This document shows positions 17,680-27,986 of a stretch of 64,000 bases of DNA, piece by piece (the stretch's first letter is position 1; the number at the start of each line of letters is the position of its first letter). This DNA is from a virus (taxonomy: Duplodnaviria; Caudoviricetes): IMG/VR virus record IMGVR_UViG_3300027759_000043. One strand, given 5' to 3'. The notes below the pieces were generated by a model. It saw only the letters and a program-made list of their open reading frames with translations. It searched no databases and had not been told where the DNA came from. The translations under genes were made by a program, and so were the position numbers.

Positions 17680-17710
17680 GCCGGTGGATGTTGGTAGCAT
17701 CGCGATCGGC
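17680..17710 (-). promoter_or_regulatory. Hairpin in leader of endonuclease gene
   Basis: GCCG/CGGC and GAUG/CAUC stems upstream of SD AAAGGAG (17668-17662). Confidence 0.45.
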
Positions 17711-17730
17711 ACTTTTATTTACCAAATGAT

Positions 17731-17759
17731 TTGCATTTATCTGCAATAATGTGTACAAT
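17731..17759 (+). promoter_or_regulatory. Sigma70-type promoter for replication operon
   Basis: TTGCAT-17-TACAAT with extended TG. Confidence 0.65.
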
Positions 17760-17779
17760 TTAGTTTTAAAGGAATTTAT

Positions 17780-18049
17780 ATGAGTAGTGGATACGATAGA
17801 ACTTTCAACGGCGAAGCCAAAGCCAAACTCACACAACTGATCAACGAAGGCATGCAAGTGCTACACGAAGTTGACACTCTAAACGAAGGCCTCAATGACA
17901 CCATCAAGGCCATTGCTGAAGAATTGGAAATCAAACCTGCTACCTTAAAGAAAGCAATCAAGATTGCTCACAAGGCCAAACTGGGCGAGACCAATCGAGA
18001 TCATGACGAATTAAATCAGATATTAGAGACTGTGGGCAAGACACTTTGA
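17780..18049 (+). CDS. dsbA: dsDNA-binding protein, T4 DsbA/GapR-like
   Basis: 89-aa helical protein; DTIKAIAEELEIKPATLKKAIKIAHK pattern; upstream of polymerase. Confidence 0.65.
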   Translation: MSSGYDRTFNGEAKAKLTQLINEGMQVLHEVDTLNEGLNDTIKAIAEELEIKPATLKKAIKIAHKAKLGETNRDHDELNQILETVGKTL

Positions 18050-18357
18050 GTCAAACCTTTCGAGAATGGCGCAGTTCAGTTGCGGACTATGTTCGAGCCG
18101 ACTACCGCGAATATCCCTTTCGCTTCTGCTTGGAAATGTTAGGCTGGGCTATCTCGATTGGTTGTAGCGTGACCTATGCCATTACTGTTCCCAACTTGCC
18201 ATTCATTCCTCTGTATGCGGCATTCATCACAGGATGCTTGATCATGGCCTGGTGTGCCTACACACGCGGCAGTTTTGGTATCCTGGGCAACTACTTGATC
18301 TTGAGTATCATTGATTCAACTGGATTGATAAAACTTCTTATCCAAGGTAACGGCTAA
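18046..18357 (+). CDS. Small multi-pass membrane protein
   Basis: Three hydrophobic segments. Confidence 0.75.
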   Translation: MSQTFREWRSSVADYVRADYREYPFRFCLEMLGWAISIGCSVTYAITVPNLPFIPLYAAFITGCLIMAWCAYTRGSFGILGNYLILSIIDSTGLIKLLIQGNG

Positions 18358-19343
18358 TGGATGATCACACCTGGAATACACAATGGAGAAGTGCTGAAAA
18401 CTACTGTAATAAACAGATAAAAGATCTTGACCGTAGATTAAAACTAACACAGCCGGATTTAATCATTCAAGGATATCTTGTTGATGCAGTCCCTATTCAG
18501 AACATACAAAAACTGTGCAAACAGTACAGGCATGTGTATGTAATTTCTGAGCAGTCAGGATTTACCGTTCCGGAAAATTGCACAGTGCATACTATTCCTA
18601 AATCTTTCTATGGTACCTACTATGTAGACAATTTGAATCAGGATTGTGAAATTGTTCAAGATTATAATTGTTTCTTGCACCGTGCCGACGTCGCTCGGCA
18701 AAATTGGTTTTATATTTTGTACGATCGTGGTTGGTTAGATCTTGGACATGTATCGTTTAATATTAATTTGCGCCCAGGACTTTGGTATCCTGCTGAAACA
18801 TCTAAAGAGGTATTTGATCACTACCACAAAACTTTATTAAACAGTTATGACTATCTATATTCGTCTATAGAAAAAATTGTGCCTTACAAAAACTTTATAG
18901 ATATACACAATCAATTTGAAAGAGTGCTAGAAACAAAATTTAGCATAGTTGTAGAACCCTATTACGAACGCCCAGATTCAGTTTGTTTCAGTGAAAAAAC
19001 CATGCGTGTGCTACAGTTACCAAGACCTTGGGTACTATTTGGTGCCACTGGATCAGTTGATCGATTGAGAAACATGGGCTTTGATGTTTTTGATGACTTT
19101 GTAGATCACAGTTATGATGCTTTTGATACAGAACAATCATATGTTCAACGACAAGATGCTATGATCTCTGAAATTGAAAAATTGTTGCAATTACAAGCAA
19201 CACCTGCTATAATAGATATCTGGAAACAAAAAGCACAACACAATAGAGATATTTTAAAAACATGGTCACAGAGTTGGCAGTCGGATTTTTTGAAACTGTT
19301 AGATAAAGTTTATTGTGATGCAACACAATCACATGCTAAGTAA
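18357..19343 (+). CDS. Putative glycosyltransferase (GT10-like C-terminus), paralog of 31511-32461
   Basis: FSEKT...PWVLFG...LRNMGFDVFDDFVDHSYD. Confidence 0.55.
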   Translation: MDDHTWNTQWRSAENYCNKQIKDLDRRLKLTQPDLIIQGYLVDAVPIQNIQKLCKQYRHVYVISEQSGFTVPENCTVHTIPKSFYGTYYVDNLNQDCEIVQDYNCFLHRADVARQNWFYILYDRGWLDLGHVSFNINLRPGLWYPAETSKEVFDHYHKTLLNSYDYLYSSIEKIVPYKNFIDIHNQFERVLETKFSIVVEPYYERPDSVCFSEKTMRVLQLPRPWVLFGATGSVDRLRNMGFDVFDDFVDHSYDAFDTEQSYVQRQDAMISEIEKLLQLQATPAIIDIWKQKAQHNRDILKTWSQSWQSDFLKLLDKVYCDATQSHAK

Positions 19344-19402
19344 CAAAGAGTCGCTCGCTTAACGAGCATGAATCATGGCCAACCAGCCACAAATGGAGAC
19401 AG

Positions 19403-22063
19403 ATGAGTTATATTGACGCACTATTTGATCGTGAGCACGATCGCATTCACGTGGTAGAACGCCGCAATGGCGAACGAGTATATAGAGAGTATCCAGCCAA
19501 CTATATTTTCTACTATGATGATCCCCGAGGTAAATTCCAAAGTATCTATGGCACACCCGTCGCAAGATTTAGTACAAGAAACAACAAGGAGTTCCGCAAG
19601 GAAGTCCGCGTTCACAGCCATAAGCCGCTGTATGAAAGCGACATCAATCCAATCTTTAGATGCCTTGAAGAAAACTACAAGGACCAAGATGCGCCTGAAC
19701 TTCACACAGCGTTTTTTGACATTGAGGTGGCGTTTGATAAAGATCGCGGCTTCTCACCTGTATCAGACCCTTTTAATCCCATTACTGCGATTTCAGTCTA
19801 CCTAGACTGGTTGGATCAACTGGTAACACTTGCTGTGCCGCCCCGGAGCATGACCTGGCTCACAGCACAAGATCTTGTGGCTGACTTTGAGAACACCATA
19901 TTGTTTGAAGACGAAGCAGAAATGATCAAGACATTCTTGGACTTGATCGAAGATGCAGACATTTTAACAGGTTGGAACTCAGAAGGCTATGACATTCCTT
20001 ACACCATCAACAGAGCCACACGAGTATTAAGCAAAGACGACACACGACGTTTTTGTTTGTGGAATCAACTGCCCAAGAAGCGTATGTTTGAACGCTTTGG
20101 TGCTGAGAATGAAACTTATGACTTGATTGGTCGTGTGCATATGGACTATATGCAACTGTATCGCAAGTACACATATGAAGAGCGCCATTCATATAGTTTG
20201 GATGCCATATCAGAATACGAACTGGGTGAGCGCAAGACACAATTTGAAGGCACACTAGACTCCTTATACAACCAACACTTCCGAACGTTTATTGAATATA
20301 ATCGTCAAGATACTATGCTTATCGCCAAGATGGACAAGAAGTTACGCTTCTTGGAATTGGCTAATGAATTGGCTCACGCCAATACCGTGCTACTGCAAAC
20401 CACAATGGGTGCGGTGGCTGTAACTGAACAGGCAATTATCAATGAAGCACATGAACGTGGAATGGTTGTGCCCAACCGAAAACAAAGACTCACAGACGAA
20501 GACACACAGGCGGCAGGTGCCTATGTTGCTTATCCCAAAAAAGGCGTCCACGAATGGATTGGAAGTGTCGACATCAACAGTCTCTATCCCTCGGCTATTC
20601 GTGCGCTCAACATGGGGCCGGAAACCATTGTAGGACAACTGCGTCCTGTAATGACCGACCGGTTGATTCGAGACAACATGGCCAAGGGACAAAGTTTTGC
20701 GGCAGCATGGGAAGGCGTGTTTGCCAGTTTAGAATATACCTCAGTGTTGAATCAAGAGCGTGGCACAGAAATCACCATAGACTGGCAGAGTGGTGAGGAG
20801 ACCGTGCATTCGGGTGCTGAAATATGGCACATGATGTTTGATTCAAATCAACCTTGGATACTCAGTGCCAACGGAACTATCTTTACCTACGAAAAGAAAG
20901 GTATCATACCTGGCTTGTTAGAGCGTTGGTATCGTGAACGACAAGAACTACAGGCTCGGAAGAAGGAGGCCAAAGATGCCAAAGAAATTTCATTCTGGGA
21001 CAAGCGACAACTGGTTAAAAAGATTAACCTCAACAGTCTCTACGGCGCTATTCTTAACCCGGGCTGTAGGTTCTTTGACAAGCGTATTGGACAATCAACC
21101 ACGCTTACGGGTCGCAGTATCGCACGCCACATGGACGCTCACCTTAACGAACTCATCACAGGCGAATACGATCACCTGGGCAAAGCGGTCATCTACGGTG
21201 ACACAGATTCGTGTTATTTCTCCGCGTGGCCGGCCCTTAAAAAAGAAGTTGAGGAGGGCCGGATGGCATGGTCAAAAGAAGCGTGTATTCAACTGTATGA
21301 CAACCTTGCTGAGAAGGTCAACGAAAGTTTCCCTGGCTTCATGGAACAGGCTTTCCATTGTCCCCGAGACATGGGTGAACTGATCAAGTGTGGACGTGAG
21401 ACTGTGGCAGATCGCGGATTGTTTATCACCAAGAAACGCTATGCTGTGAATGCCATTGACATAGAAGGCAAGCGACTAGATGTGGATGGCAAAATTGGCA
21501 AAACAAAAGCCACAGGACTTGACTTAAAACGCAGTGACACACCCAAAGTAATTCAAGAGTTCTTGTTAGAAATTCTAAATAAACTACTTGCTGGTGCTGG
21601 CAAGGATGAGATTGTGGAACGTATCCGTGAGTTCAAGTATGAGTTCATGGAACGTCCGGGTTGGGAGAAAGGCAGTCCCAAGCGTGTGAACAACTTGACC
21701 AAGTATGCGGCAGAAGAAGCCAGACTGGGCAAAGCCAACATGCCAGGACATGTACGAGCCGCAATGAACTGGAACCAGATGCGAAGGATGAACGGAGACA
21801 ACTACAGTATGCAAATTGTGGATGGAATGAAAACTATTGTGTGTAAACTCAAGTCAAATGCCTTGGGCTGGACATCAATTGGTTACCCCACAGATGAGCA
21901 ACGTCTGCCCACTTGGTTTACTGAATTGCCGTTTGATGATGGGCTTATGGAAGCAACTGTGGTGGATCAAAAGGTCGACAACTTGTTGGGTGTACTGGAT
22001 TGGGACCTTGCAAGTGCAACCAACACAGAAAATACATTTACTAACTTATTTGAATTTGAATGA
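19403..22063 (+). CDS. Family B DNA polymerase (gp43-like)
   Basis: FFDIEV exo I, DINSLYPS, KINLNSLYG, YGDTDS; no obvious intein or intron. Confidence 0.97.
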   Translation: MSYIDALFDREHDRIHVVERRNGERVYREYPANYIFYYDDPRGKFQSIYGTPVARFSTRNNKEFRKEVRVHSHKPLYESDINPIFRCLEENYKDQDAPELHTAFFDIEVAFDKDRGFSPVSDPFNPITAISVYLDWLDQLVTLAVPPRSMTWLTAQDLVADFENTILFEDEAEMIKTFLDLIEDADILTGWNSEGYDIPYTINRATRVLSKDDTRRFCLWNQLPKKRMFERFGAENETYDLIGRVHMDYMQLYRKYTYEERHSYSLDAISEYELGERKTQFEGTLDSLYNQHFRTFIEYNRQDTMLIAKMDKKLRFLELANELAHANTVLLQTTMGAVAVTEQAIINEAHERGMVVPNRKQRLTDEDTQAAGAYVAYPKKGVHEWIGSVDINSLYPSAIRALNMGPETIVGQLRPVMTDRLIRDNMAKGQSFAAAWEGVFASLEYTSVLNQERGTEITIDWQSGEETVHSGAEIWHMMFDSNQPWILSANGTIFTYEKKGIIPGLLERWYRERQELQARKKEAKDAKEISFWDKRQLVKKINLNSLYGAILNPGCRFFDKRIGQSTTLTGRSIARHMDAHLNELITGEYDHLGKAVIYGDTDSCYFSAWPALKKEVEEGRMAWSKEACIQLYDNLAEKVNESFPGFMEQAFHCPRDMGELIKCGRETVADRGLFITKKRYAVNAIDIEGKRLDVDGKIGKTKATGLDLKRSDTPKVIQEFLLEILNKLLAGAGKDEIVERIREFKYEFMERPGWEKGSPKRVNNLTKYAAEEARLGKANMPGHVRAAMNWNQMRRMNGDNYSMQIVDGMKTIVCKLKSNALGWTSIGYPTDEQRLPTWFTELPFDDGLMEATVVDQKVDNLLGVLDWDLASATNTENTFTNLFEFE

Positions 22064-23229
22064 AACTTAGCGGCATAGTCAGTTATAAAAATCTTTTGGA
22101 TAGTCTCAGTGTTGAGCATGAAGCCCAGGCACTGCTACACGAGATGCTGAGCCTAACAACCACGGCAGAGGTCAGCAGTGTGCAAATGCCTGATGCTGTG
22201 GATCAATTGCACCAGGCACGTGAGCAAGTGACACAATCAGTTAAGCAATTTAATCAACAGTTTGCTCAACTAAAACAGTCGGTACAAGATCTAATAGAAC
22301 AACACGAGCCTGAATATTTTCAAAATAGTCTAGAACTTTATGACACTGGCTACCGCAACGAAACTCCTGATTATATTCGAGATCGACGTATTGATGTAGA
22401 CCCCGTGACTGCTGTGATAATACAACAGAGATTAAAATTGTATACCAGTTGGCAGCATCCTGGCATGGTCATTCGTCCTGCTCATGCACGATATGTAGAA
22501 GATCTTGTGGCTTGTGATCCTATGTACTTTGTAGACACCAGTAATCAATTATTGGAACTTACTGAATCTTGGTTCACTCCCGAATATCAACACAGATTAA
22601 GACGTTATGTAATTGAAGAATACAGTGGTCAACCCACTTTTATAAATTTGCCTGCTGATCAGTTTGGGTTAATTTATGCTTTTCATTTTTTTGAATACCG
22701 CCCTTGGTCAGTACTGCAACAGTATCTCAAAGAATGTTTCAATCTACTAAGGCCTGGGGGTGTTCTAGCATTTACTTACAACAACTGCGATATTGCCGGT
22801 CGGGTGGGCAAGGTGGAACATTATTCGGGTTGTTACACTCCTGGTAGATTGGTACGTGCGTATGCACAAGAACTAGGATATGAAATTGTATTTGATCTAG
22901 ATGATGATTCAAACACCAGTTGGTTAGAATTACGGCGGCCCGGTGACTACGCCAGTATACGAGGTGGACAGACCTTGGCCACCATACTCCAAAGATCCAA
23001 TGAATCAGATGTTACCAATATCATTGACAAGCCTCCTGAGTCTGCGTATAATGAATTGAATATACTGCTGAATATTGCCCAACGCCAAGGCATTGATCTA
23101 AAACAATGCACCACCAAAGGCCAGTACTCAGCAAAAAAACTAAGACGTTCTATTGAACAAAGTATATACCCAGAAATACTGACAGAACAGATGATAAAGA
23201 AATTATTTAACCAAAGGAAACAATCATGA
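22060..23229 (+). CDS. Protein with class I SAM-methyltransferase-like domain
   Basis: QFGLIYAFHFFEY...LLRPGGVLAF. Confidence 0.6.
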   Translation: MKLSGIVSYKNLLDSLSVEHEAQALLHEMLSLTTTAEVSSVQMPDAVDQLHQAREQVTQSVKQFNQQFAQLKQSVQDLIEQHEPEYFQNSLELYDTGYRNETPDYIRDRRIDVDPVTAVIIQQRLKLYTSWQHPGMVIRPAHARYVEDLVACDPMYFVDTSNQLLELTESWFTPEYQHRLRRYVIEEYSGQPTFINLPADQFGLIYAFHFFEYRPWSVLQQYLKECFNLLRPGGVLAFTYNNCDIAGRVGKVEHYSGCYTPGRLVRAYAQELGYEIVFDLDDDSNTSWLELRRPGDYASIRGGQTLATILQRSNESDVTNIIDKPPESAYNELNILLNIAQRQGIDLKQCTTKGQYSAKKLRRSIEQSIYPEILTEQMIKKLFNQRKQS

Positions 23230-23948
23230 GAGACCATTTATTAGACCTAGTACAACACACACACGATCTTGGCTGTATTGACTTGATCAAGATCACTGGC
23301 ACCGATGCCAGTACTGCCATCAATGGTCTAGCCGAAGACAAAAGTGTGGTGCTAGAAGCCCGATTTCACAATCCTGTGGCGGATTTTGTGGGCACGTTTG
23401 GTATGCCTAATTTGGCCAAACTCAAGATTTTGTTAAACTTGCAAGAGTACAAAGAAAATGCCAAGATTGCATTGACTAGAAACTCTGCAGGTGCTCCTGA
23501 TAATTTGAATTTTGAAAATGCCGATGGTGATTTCAAGAACAGTTACAGATTCATGGCAGATGCAATTGTGAATGAAAAACTCAAGACACTTAAATTTAAA
23601 ACGCCCACATGGCACATTGAATTTGAGCCTACAGTGGCTGCCATTCAACGACTACGCATGCAGGCACAGGCCAATGCTGAAGAGACTACATTTACTGCCA
23701 AAACAGACAACGGAGACTTGAAGTTTTTCTTTGGTGATCACTCAACACACGCAGGTAACTTTGTGTTCCAGCCCGGTGTCACCGGACAACTCAAACGAGC
23801 ATGGGCTTGGCCAGTAGCACAAGTGTTGAGCATCATGAGCCTAGTGGGAGACAAGACCATACGTATCAGCGACGATGGCGCCGCACAAATTACTGTAGAC
23901 TCTGGCCTGGCTGTGTACAACTATATTCTTCCAGCGCAAAGCAAGTGA
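23226..23948 (+). CDS. Putative DNA polymerase sliding clamp (gp45-like)
   Basis: 240 aa, two-domain beta-rich pattern ending YNYILPAQ; position beside polB. Confidence 0.6.
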   Translation: MRDHLLDLVQHTHDLGCIDLIKITGTDASTAINGLAEDKSVVLEARFHNPVADFVGTFGMPNLAKLKILLNLQEYKENAKIALTRNSAGAPDNLNFENADGDFKNSYRFMADAIVNEKLKTLKFKTPTWHIEFEPTVAAIQRLRMQAQANAEETTFTAKTDNGDLKFFFGDHSTHAGNFVFQPGVTGQLKRAWAWPVAQVLSIMSLVGDKTIRISDDGAAQITVDSGLAVYNYILPAQSK

Positions 23949-24619
23949 TAACACAACTGGCATCAAGGGGTTATGGTTATGGTTCGGGTACACTCAGTCC
24001 CAATCATGATCGTTTCTTGGTGAACATACCCAAAAATGCCAGTAGTTACATGTTGGACTGGGCCAATCGGCATGGCTGGACCAGTGCTGTGATTAACGAC
24101 ACCGTGGTCCGGAACAACGATATCAAAGAAATGATTGTTTGTGTTAGAGATCCAGTTCAGCGTTGGATTTCGGGTGTGGGACAATACTTGACCAGTTATG
24201 TGCTAAACGTAACTGGTGCCTATAGTTGGGAAACTGGCCCAGGTCTTGATGATCAACAGATATCCGGGGATGACTTTGTGGCAGACTACAATCAAGTGGT
24301 TGAACGATTGCTGTTTGATAATCTTGCTAGACTGGATGATCATGTTTGGCCGCAGATAGAATTTTTTGAAAATCTAATACCCACAGTTCCTAGAAAATTC
24401 TTCTACATAGATCAAGACTTTAATCGGCGCATTGGTGATTATCTTGGATTCTCTCCTATGAGTGATCTTGATCGCAATCGCGCAGATACCAACCCTGACA
24501 CATATAAAATTCAAACATTTATTCGACATCGTCTAAATATCAGACCCGAACTAGAGCAAAGAGTACGCAAGGCTTATACTCAAGACTATGAATTAATTAA
24601 ACAAGTATTTGATAAATGA
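23945..24619 (+). CDS. Sulfotransferase-family protein
   Basis: NIPKNASS (5'-PSB), VRDPVQRWISG (3'-PB), DDHVWPQ; start revised to GTG 23945. Confidence 0.7.
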   Translation: MITQLASRGYGYGSGTLSPNHDRFLVNIPKNASSYMLDWANRHGWTSAVINDTVVRNNDIKEMIVCVRDPVQRWISGVGQYLTSYVLNVTGAYSWETGPGLDDQQISGDDFVADYNQVVERLLFDNLARLDDHVWPQIEFFENLIPTVPRKFFYIDQDFNRRIGDYLGFSPMSDLDRNRADTNPDTYKIQTFIRHRLNIRPELEQRVRKAYTQDYELIKQVFDK

Positions 24620-26142
24620 CGCAAGACAACTTAACCTCCAAACAAAATGACTATGCAGTATTTCTTCCAGCAATATCTGGATTTTATTCTACATTCATAG
24701 GTAGACAAAGAAATGAACACTATGTGGATCCGGCTCGATTTCCTCAGGGCCTTACGGATATGGAGCAACTTAATTGGCTCAACAGTACCAAGGCCCTTTT
24801 CCCCTACAAGTGGTCGCTATACTCAGGTGGACATGCGAATCTTGACCTTGCTAAACAAGACTGGTCCGAAGACATGGTTCGAGCCCGAGAGCCTGGCACC
24901 TTTATCCTCGGTGACTCAGGTGGTTTCCAGATCGCTAAGGGTTTGTGGGAGGGTGATTGGAAGGCCAACTCAGGTTGCCCCAAGGCTCAAAAAAAGCGAG
25001 ACGGTGTACTAAAGTGGCTGGATAACATTGCTGACTATGGCATGATACTTGATATTCCAACTTGGGTTATTCACAACAAGGAAGCCAGTCGTGCATGTGG
25101 TATTACTACACTACAAGAAGCGGTAGATGCCACCAAATACAATAACGAGTACTTTATGAAACACCGCCGCGGTGTCAAAAATGGTGGTGCTAGATTCCTA
25201 AACGTGTTGCAAGGTGATAACCACACTTCAGCAGAAGATTGGTATCAACTCATGAAAGACTATTGCGATCCTGTCAAGTACCCAGACACACATTTTAACG
25301 GGTGGAGTATGGGTGGACAAAACATGTGTGACGTACACTTGGTGCTGAAACGTTTGGTAGCATTACGTTATGACAATTTGTTACAAGAGGGCAAGCATGA
25401 TTGGATGCACTTCTTGGGAACCTCCAAACTGGAGTGGGCTGTTTTATTAACTGTAATCCAGAGGGCTGTAAGAAAATATGTCAATCCAAACTTCACAATC
25501 TCGTTTGACTGCGCCAGTCCGTTCCTTGCAACAGCAAACGGACAGGTCTACTTTGAAAACGTGTTTGAACACGACTCAAAGTGGTCGTATCGCATGGCTC
25601 CTTCGGCCGATGACAAAAAATATTCCACAGACACACGCAAGTGGTCAGACGGGGTAGTTCAAGATGGCATCTATCCACGCTGGCAAGACTCGCCCATAAG
25701 CGACTTGTTAAAGATGAAGGATATTTGTCATTACCGGCCAGGCGACCTAAATAAAAATGGCAAGGAAGGCAAAACATCATGGGACAGTTTCTCATATGCT
25801 TTGCTCATGGGTCATAATGTTTGGATGCACTTGACAGCGGTACAAGAAGCCAATCGACGTTTTGATGCAGGAGAACATCCTGCCATGATGCGCCGAAGTG
25901 GGGGAGACTATGCCAAGTTTGAAGACATTGTAGAGGCTATTTTCGCCGCACCGGATAGACAAACTGCAGAAGATATCATAGAATTGTACAGCACTTACTG
26001 GATGGAGATTGTGGGCACACGAGGATTCAAAGGCAAAAAGACCATGAATGCTCGAACACAGTTCAATGCATTGTTTACGTTTGAAGAGCCAGATACTGAT
26101 CCTGAAGATCTGGATACCGATAAACTCGAAGCATTAGAATAA
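24616..26142 (+). CDS. dpdA: TGT-fold transglycosylase, DpdA-like (7-deazaguanine insertion into DNA)
   Basis: LGDSGGFQI, MILDIP, LNVLQG, MHFLG, ISFDCASP; no CxCxxC Zn motif of tRNA TGT; clustered with folE/queD/queE. Confidence 0.75.
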   Translation: MTQDNLTSKQNDYAVFLPAISGFYSTFIGRQRNEHYVDPARFPQGLTDMEQLNWLNSTKALFPYKWSLYSGGHANLDLAKQDWSEDMVRAREPGTFILGDSGGFQIAKGLWEGDWKANSGCPKAQKKRDGVLKWLDNIADYGMILDIPTWVIHNKEASRACGITTLQEAVDATKYNNEYFMKHRRGVKNGGARFLNVLQGDNHTSAEDWYQLMKDYCDPVKYPDTHFNGWSMGGQNMCDVHLVLKRLVALRYDNLLQEGKHDWMHFLGTSKLEWAVLLTVIQRAVRKYVNPNFTISFDCASPFLATANGQVYFENVFEHDSKWSYRMAPSADDKKYSTDTRKWSDGVVQDGIYPRWQDSPISDLLKMKDICHYRPGDLNKNGKEGKTSWDSFSYALLMGHNVWMHLTAVQEANRRFDAGEHPAMMRRSGGDYAKFEDIVEAIFAAPDRQTAEDIIELYSTYWMEIVGTRGFKGKKTMNARTQFNALFTFEEPDTDPEDLDTDKLEALE

Positions 26143-26143
26143 C

Positions 26144-27067
26144 ATGTCTATATTATTCACCAATGAGCAGAGACAGCAGTATATTGATCGTAATCCGGGC
26201 TCGCCTTATTGGTCAGACTACGTTAAAAGTGATGCAAATTATTTGTTAGAAAAAAAATCTAACAGATCAAAATTAGTAATTTGCTATGGTGATAGTTGGA
26301 CTTGGGGAGATAGTCTCGGAAATACTAGTGCGGCCGACGGAATAGATGATATTGAATTTAGATCCAACAACGTTTACGGCAATTGGTTAGCAAATGATAT
26401 TGATGCAGATTTTGTCAATTGTGCTATTCCTGGAATTTATAATTTTTGGATACATGATCGTTTGCAAATTTTATTAAATCATGATATACAAAGACTTAGT
26501 GAACAATATGAAAAAATAGTCATTGCGGTTACATTAACTGAACTTGGTAGAGATTTTGGATTTGACAAATATAAACAAGAATTCAATGATTTTTATAATT
26601 GGAACACCAGTGACTCGGTAGAAGAAATACTGATTCAGGCAGAACGATTTGATTTTTTAAAACTCAAAGACGTTCAATCTAAATTACCCAATAATTGTAA
26701 CATGTTGGTAGGAAGAAATTTTACAAATACATTTGACCAAAACTTAGATATCGTTGATAATCTACTACCTAAAAATTGGACACAAGTTATGTTTGAAGCA
26801 CAAGGATTTGATCATGACACTGATGTACGCATGATGAGTTTTGGTATTAAAGAGTTTGATAAATTTATTGTCAAAGAAAAATTAGATTCAAATGGATACA
26901 AACAATGGATGGATTCTGTTATTTTACCTTTGGGAAAAAAACAGATTGACCTATTAGAACAAAGCCAGTATAATTATAAAAAGGCTACCAAGCATCCTAC
27001 TCCACAAGGACATAAATTGTGGGCGGATTATTTGTTAAACTGTATTAATCAAAAGCAATTCATATGA
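26144..27067 (+). CDS. SGNH/GDSL hydrolase-like protein
   Basis: YGDSWTWG block I; KHPTPQGH block V. Confidence 0.7.
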   Translation: MSILFTNEQRQQYIDRNPGSPYWSDYVKSDANYLLEKKSNRSKLVICYGDSWTWGDSLGNTSAADGIDDIEFRSNNVYGNWLANDIDADFVNCAIPGIYNFWIHDRLQILLNHDIQRLSEQYEKIVIAVTLTELGRDFGFDKYKQEFNDFYNWNTSDSVEEILIQAERFDFLKLKDVQSKLPNNCNMLVGRNFTNTFDQNLDIVDNLLPKNWTQVMFEAQGFDHDTDVRMMSFGIKEFDKFIVKEKLDSNGYKQWMDSVILPLGKKQIDLLEQSQYNYKKATKHPTPQGHKLWADYLLNCINQKQFI

Positions 27068-27591
27068 ATCGACAAGGACACGAAGATACCAACTTCTTTG
27101 TTGGCACCGAAGTAGAACGCACTCCTGCGTTTGGCAAAAGAACTTTGTTTGTTGTGGGAGTACAACCACTGACTGAAATTGTTAGACTGCTGGCCGAACA
27201 CAACTCGACCGTCGACAACACCAAACACATCGAACACATCTTCTTTGGTGCCAATCACAGTTTTCATCCTGCCAACAGACTAGAGTGGCAACGCTGGGAA
27301 AGCATGATTGAACCGTTCTTGGGTGATGGTCACTTGTGTAGTTTGGACATTCCAATTACCCACGTGGACGAGTTTCACGATGGTCCACTTTGCGACTACA
27401 GAAACTTCGTTCCGCAAATTCGAGTAAGTCTACCCTATACAAAATTGTGGAATTACAATACAATGTTAAAAATAGATGACAAGGACTTTGACGCTACCAA
27501 TCCTGGCGTTTGGTGCCACAGTCTGCACAGCCTAATGAGCCGTGAGACATTTACTTCGTGGGATGACTACCGAGAGGATTCCGTAATCTAA
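27064..27591 (+). CDS. Hypothetical protein in deazaguanine cluster
   Basis: 175-aa ORF, overlapping packing. Confidence 0.85.
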   Translation: MNRQGHEDTNFFVGTEVERTPAFGKRTLFVVGVQPLTEIVRLLAEHNSTVDNTKHIEHIFFGANHSFHPANRLEWQRWESMIEPFLGDGHLCSLDIPITHVDEFHDGPLCDYRNFVPQIRVSLPYTKLWNYNTMLKIDDKDFDATNPGVWCHSLHSLMSRETFTSWDDYREDSVI

Positions 27592-27986
27592 TGGCAACAT
27601 ATCCCGCAATCATGGGTGCCAAGCCCAGTACTCAAAAACAAAGAATGAACAAAATCTACGGTACACCGCAAGTTGTACCAGCAAGGAAATATCAATCAAA
27701 AGGACCCAATATGTTTAAACGAATGATCAAGGGCTTGGTCACATGGAGTATGAACGATCGTCATGAAGAAGATATGAAGATTGCACATGACAGAGAAGAA
27801 TTCAGAATCAGTGCCACAGGCATCAGATTCGAAGTGTATCGTGCCAATGGTGGTACTGTGGTCGAAACTCGTCGTAATGACCGACGCACCGGTGACAGCC
27901 TTTTTGAACTGCATGTGATCTCCAGTGATCAGGATATTGGCGAAGAGATTGGCAAAATTATTACCATGGAAGCACTAAAAGCATGA
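27591..27986 (+). CDS. Hypothetical protein
   Basis: ORF track. Confidence 0.75.
   Translation: MATYPAIMGAKPSTQKQRMNKIYGTPQVVPARKYQSKGPNMFKRMIKGLVTWSMNDRHEEDMKIAHDREEFRISATGIRFEVYRANGGTVVETRRNDRRTGDSLFELHVISSDQDIGEEIGKIITMEALKA

Noticed and set aside
19403-22063. Intein or group I intron in DNA polymerase
   Set aside because: The ORF is continuous, of normal family B length, with normally spaced motifs.
24616-26142. Queuine tRNA-ribosyltransferase acting on the phage tRNA-Asp/Asn/Tyr
   Set aside because: It lacks the CxCxxC Zn motif of bacterial Tgt and is much longer. Context fits DpdA better, but tRNA activity is not formally excluded.
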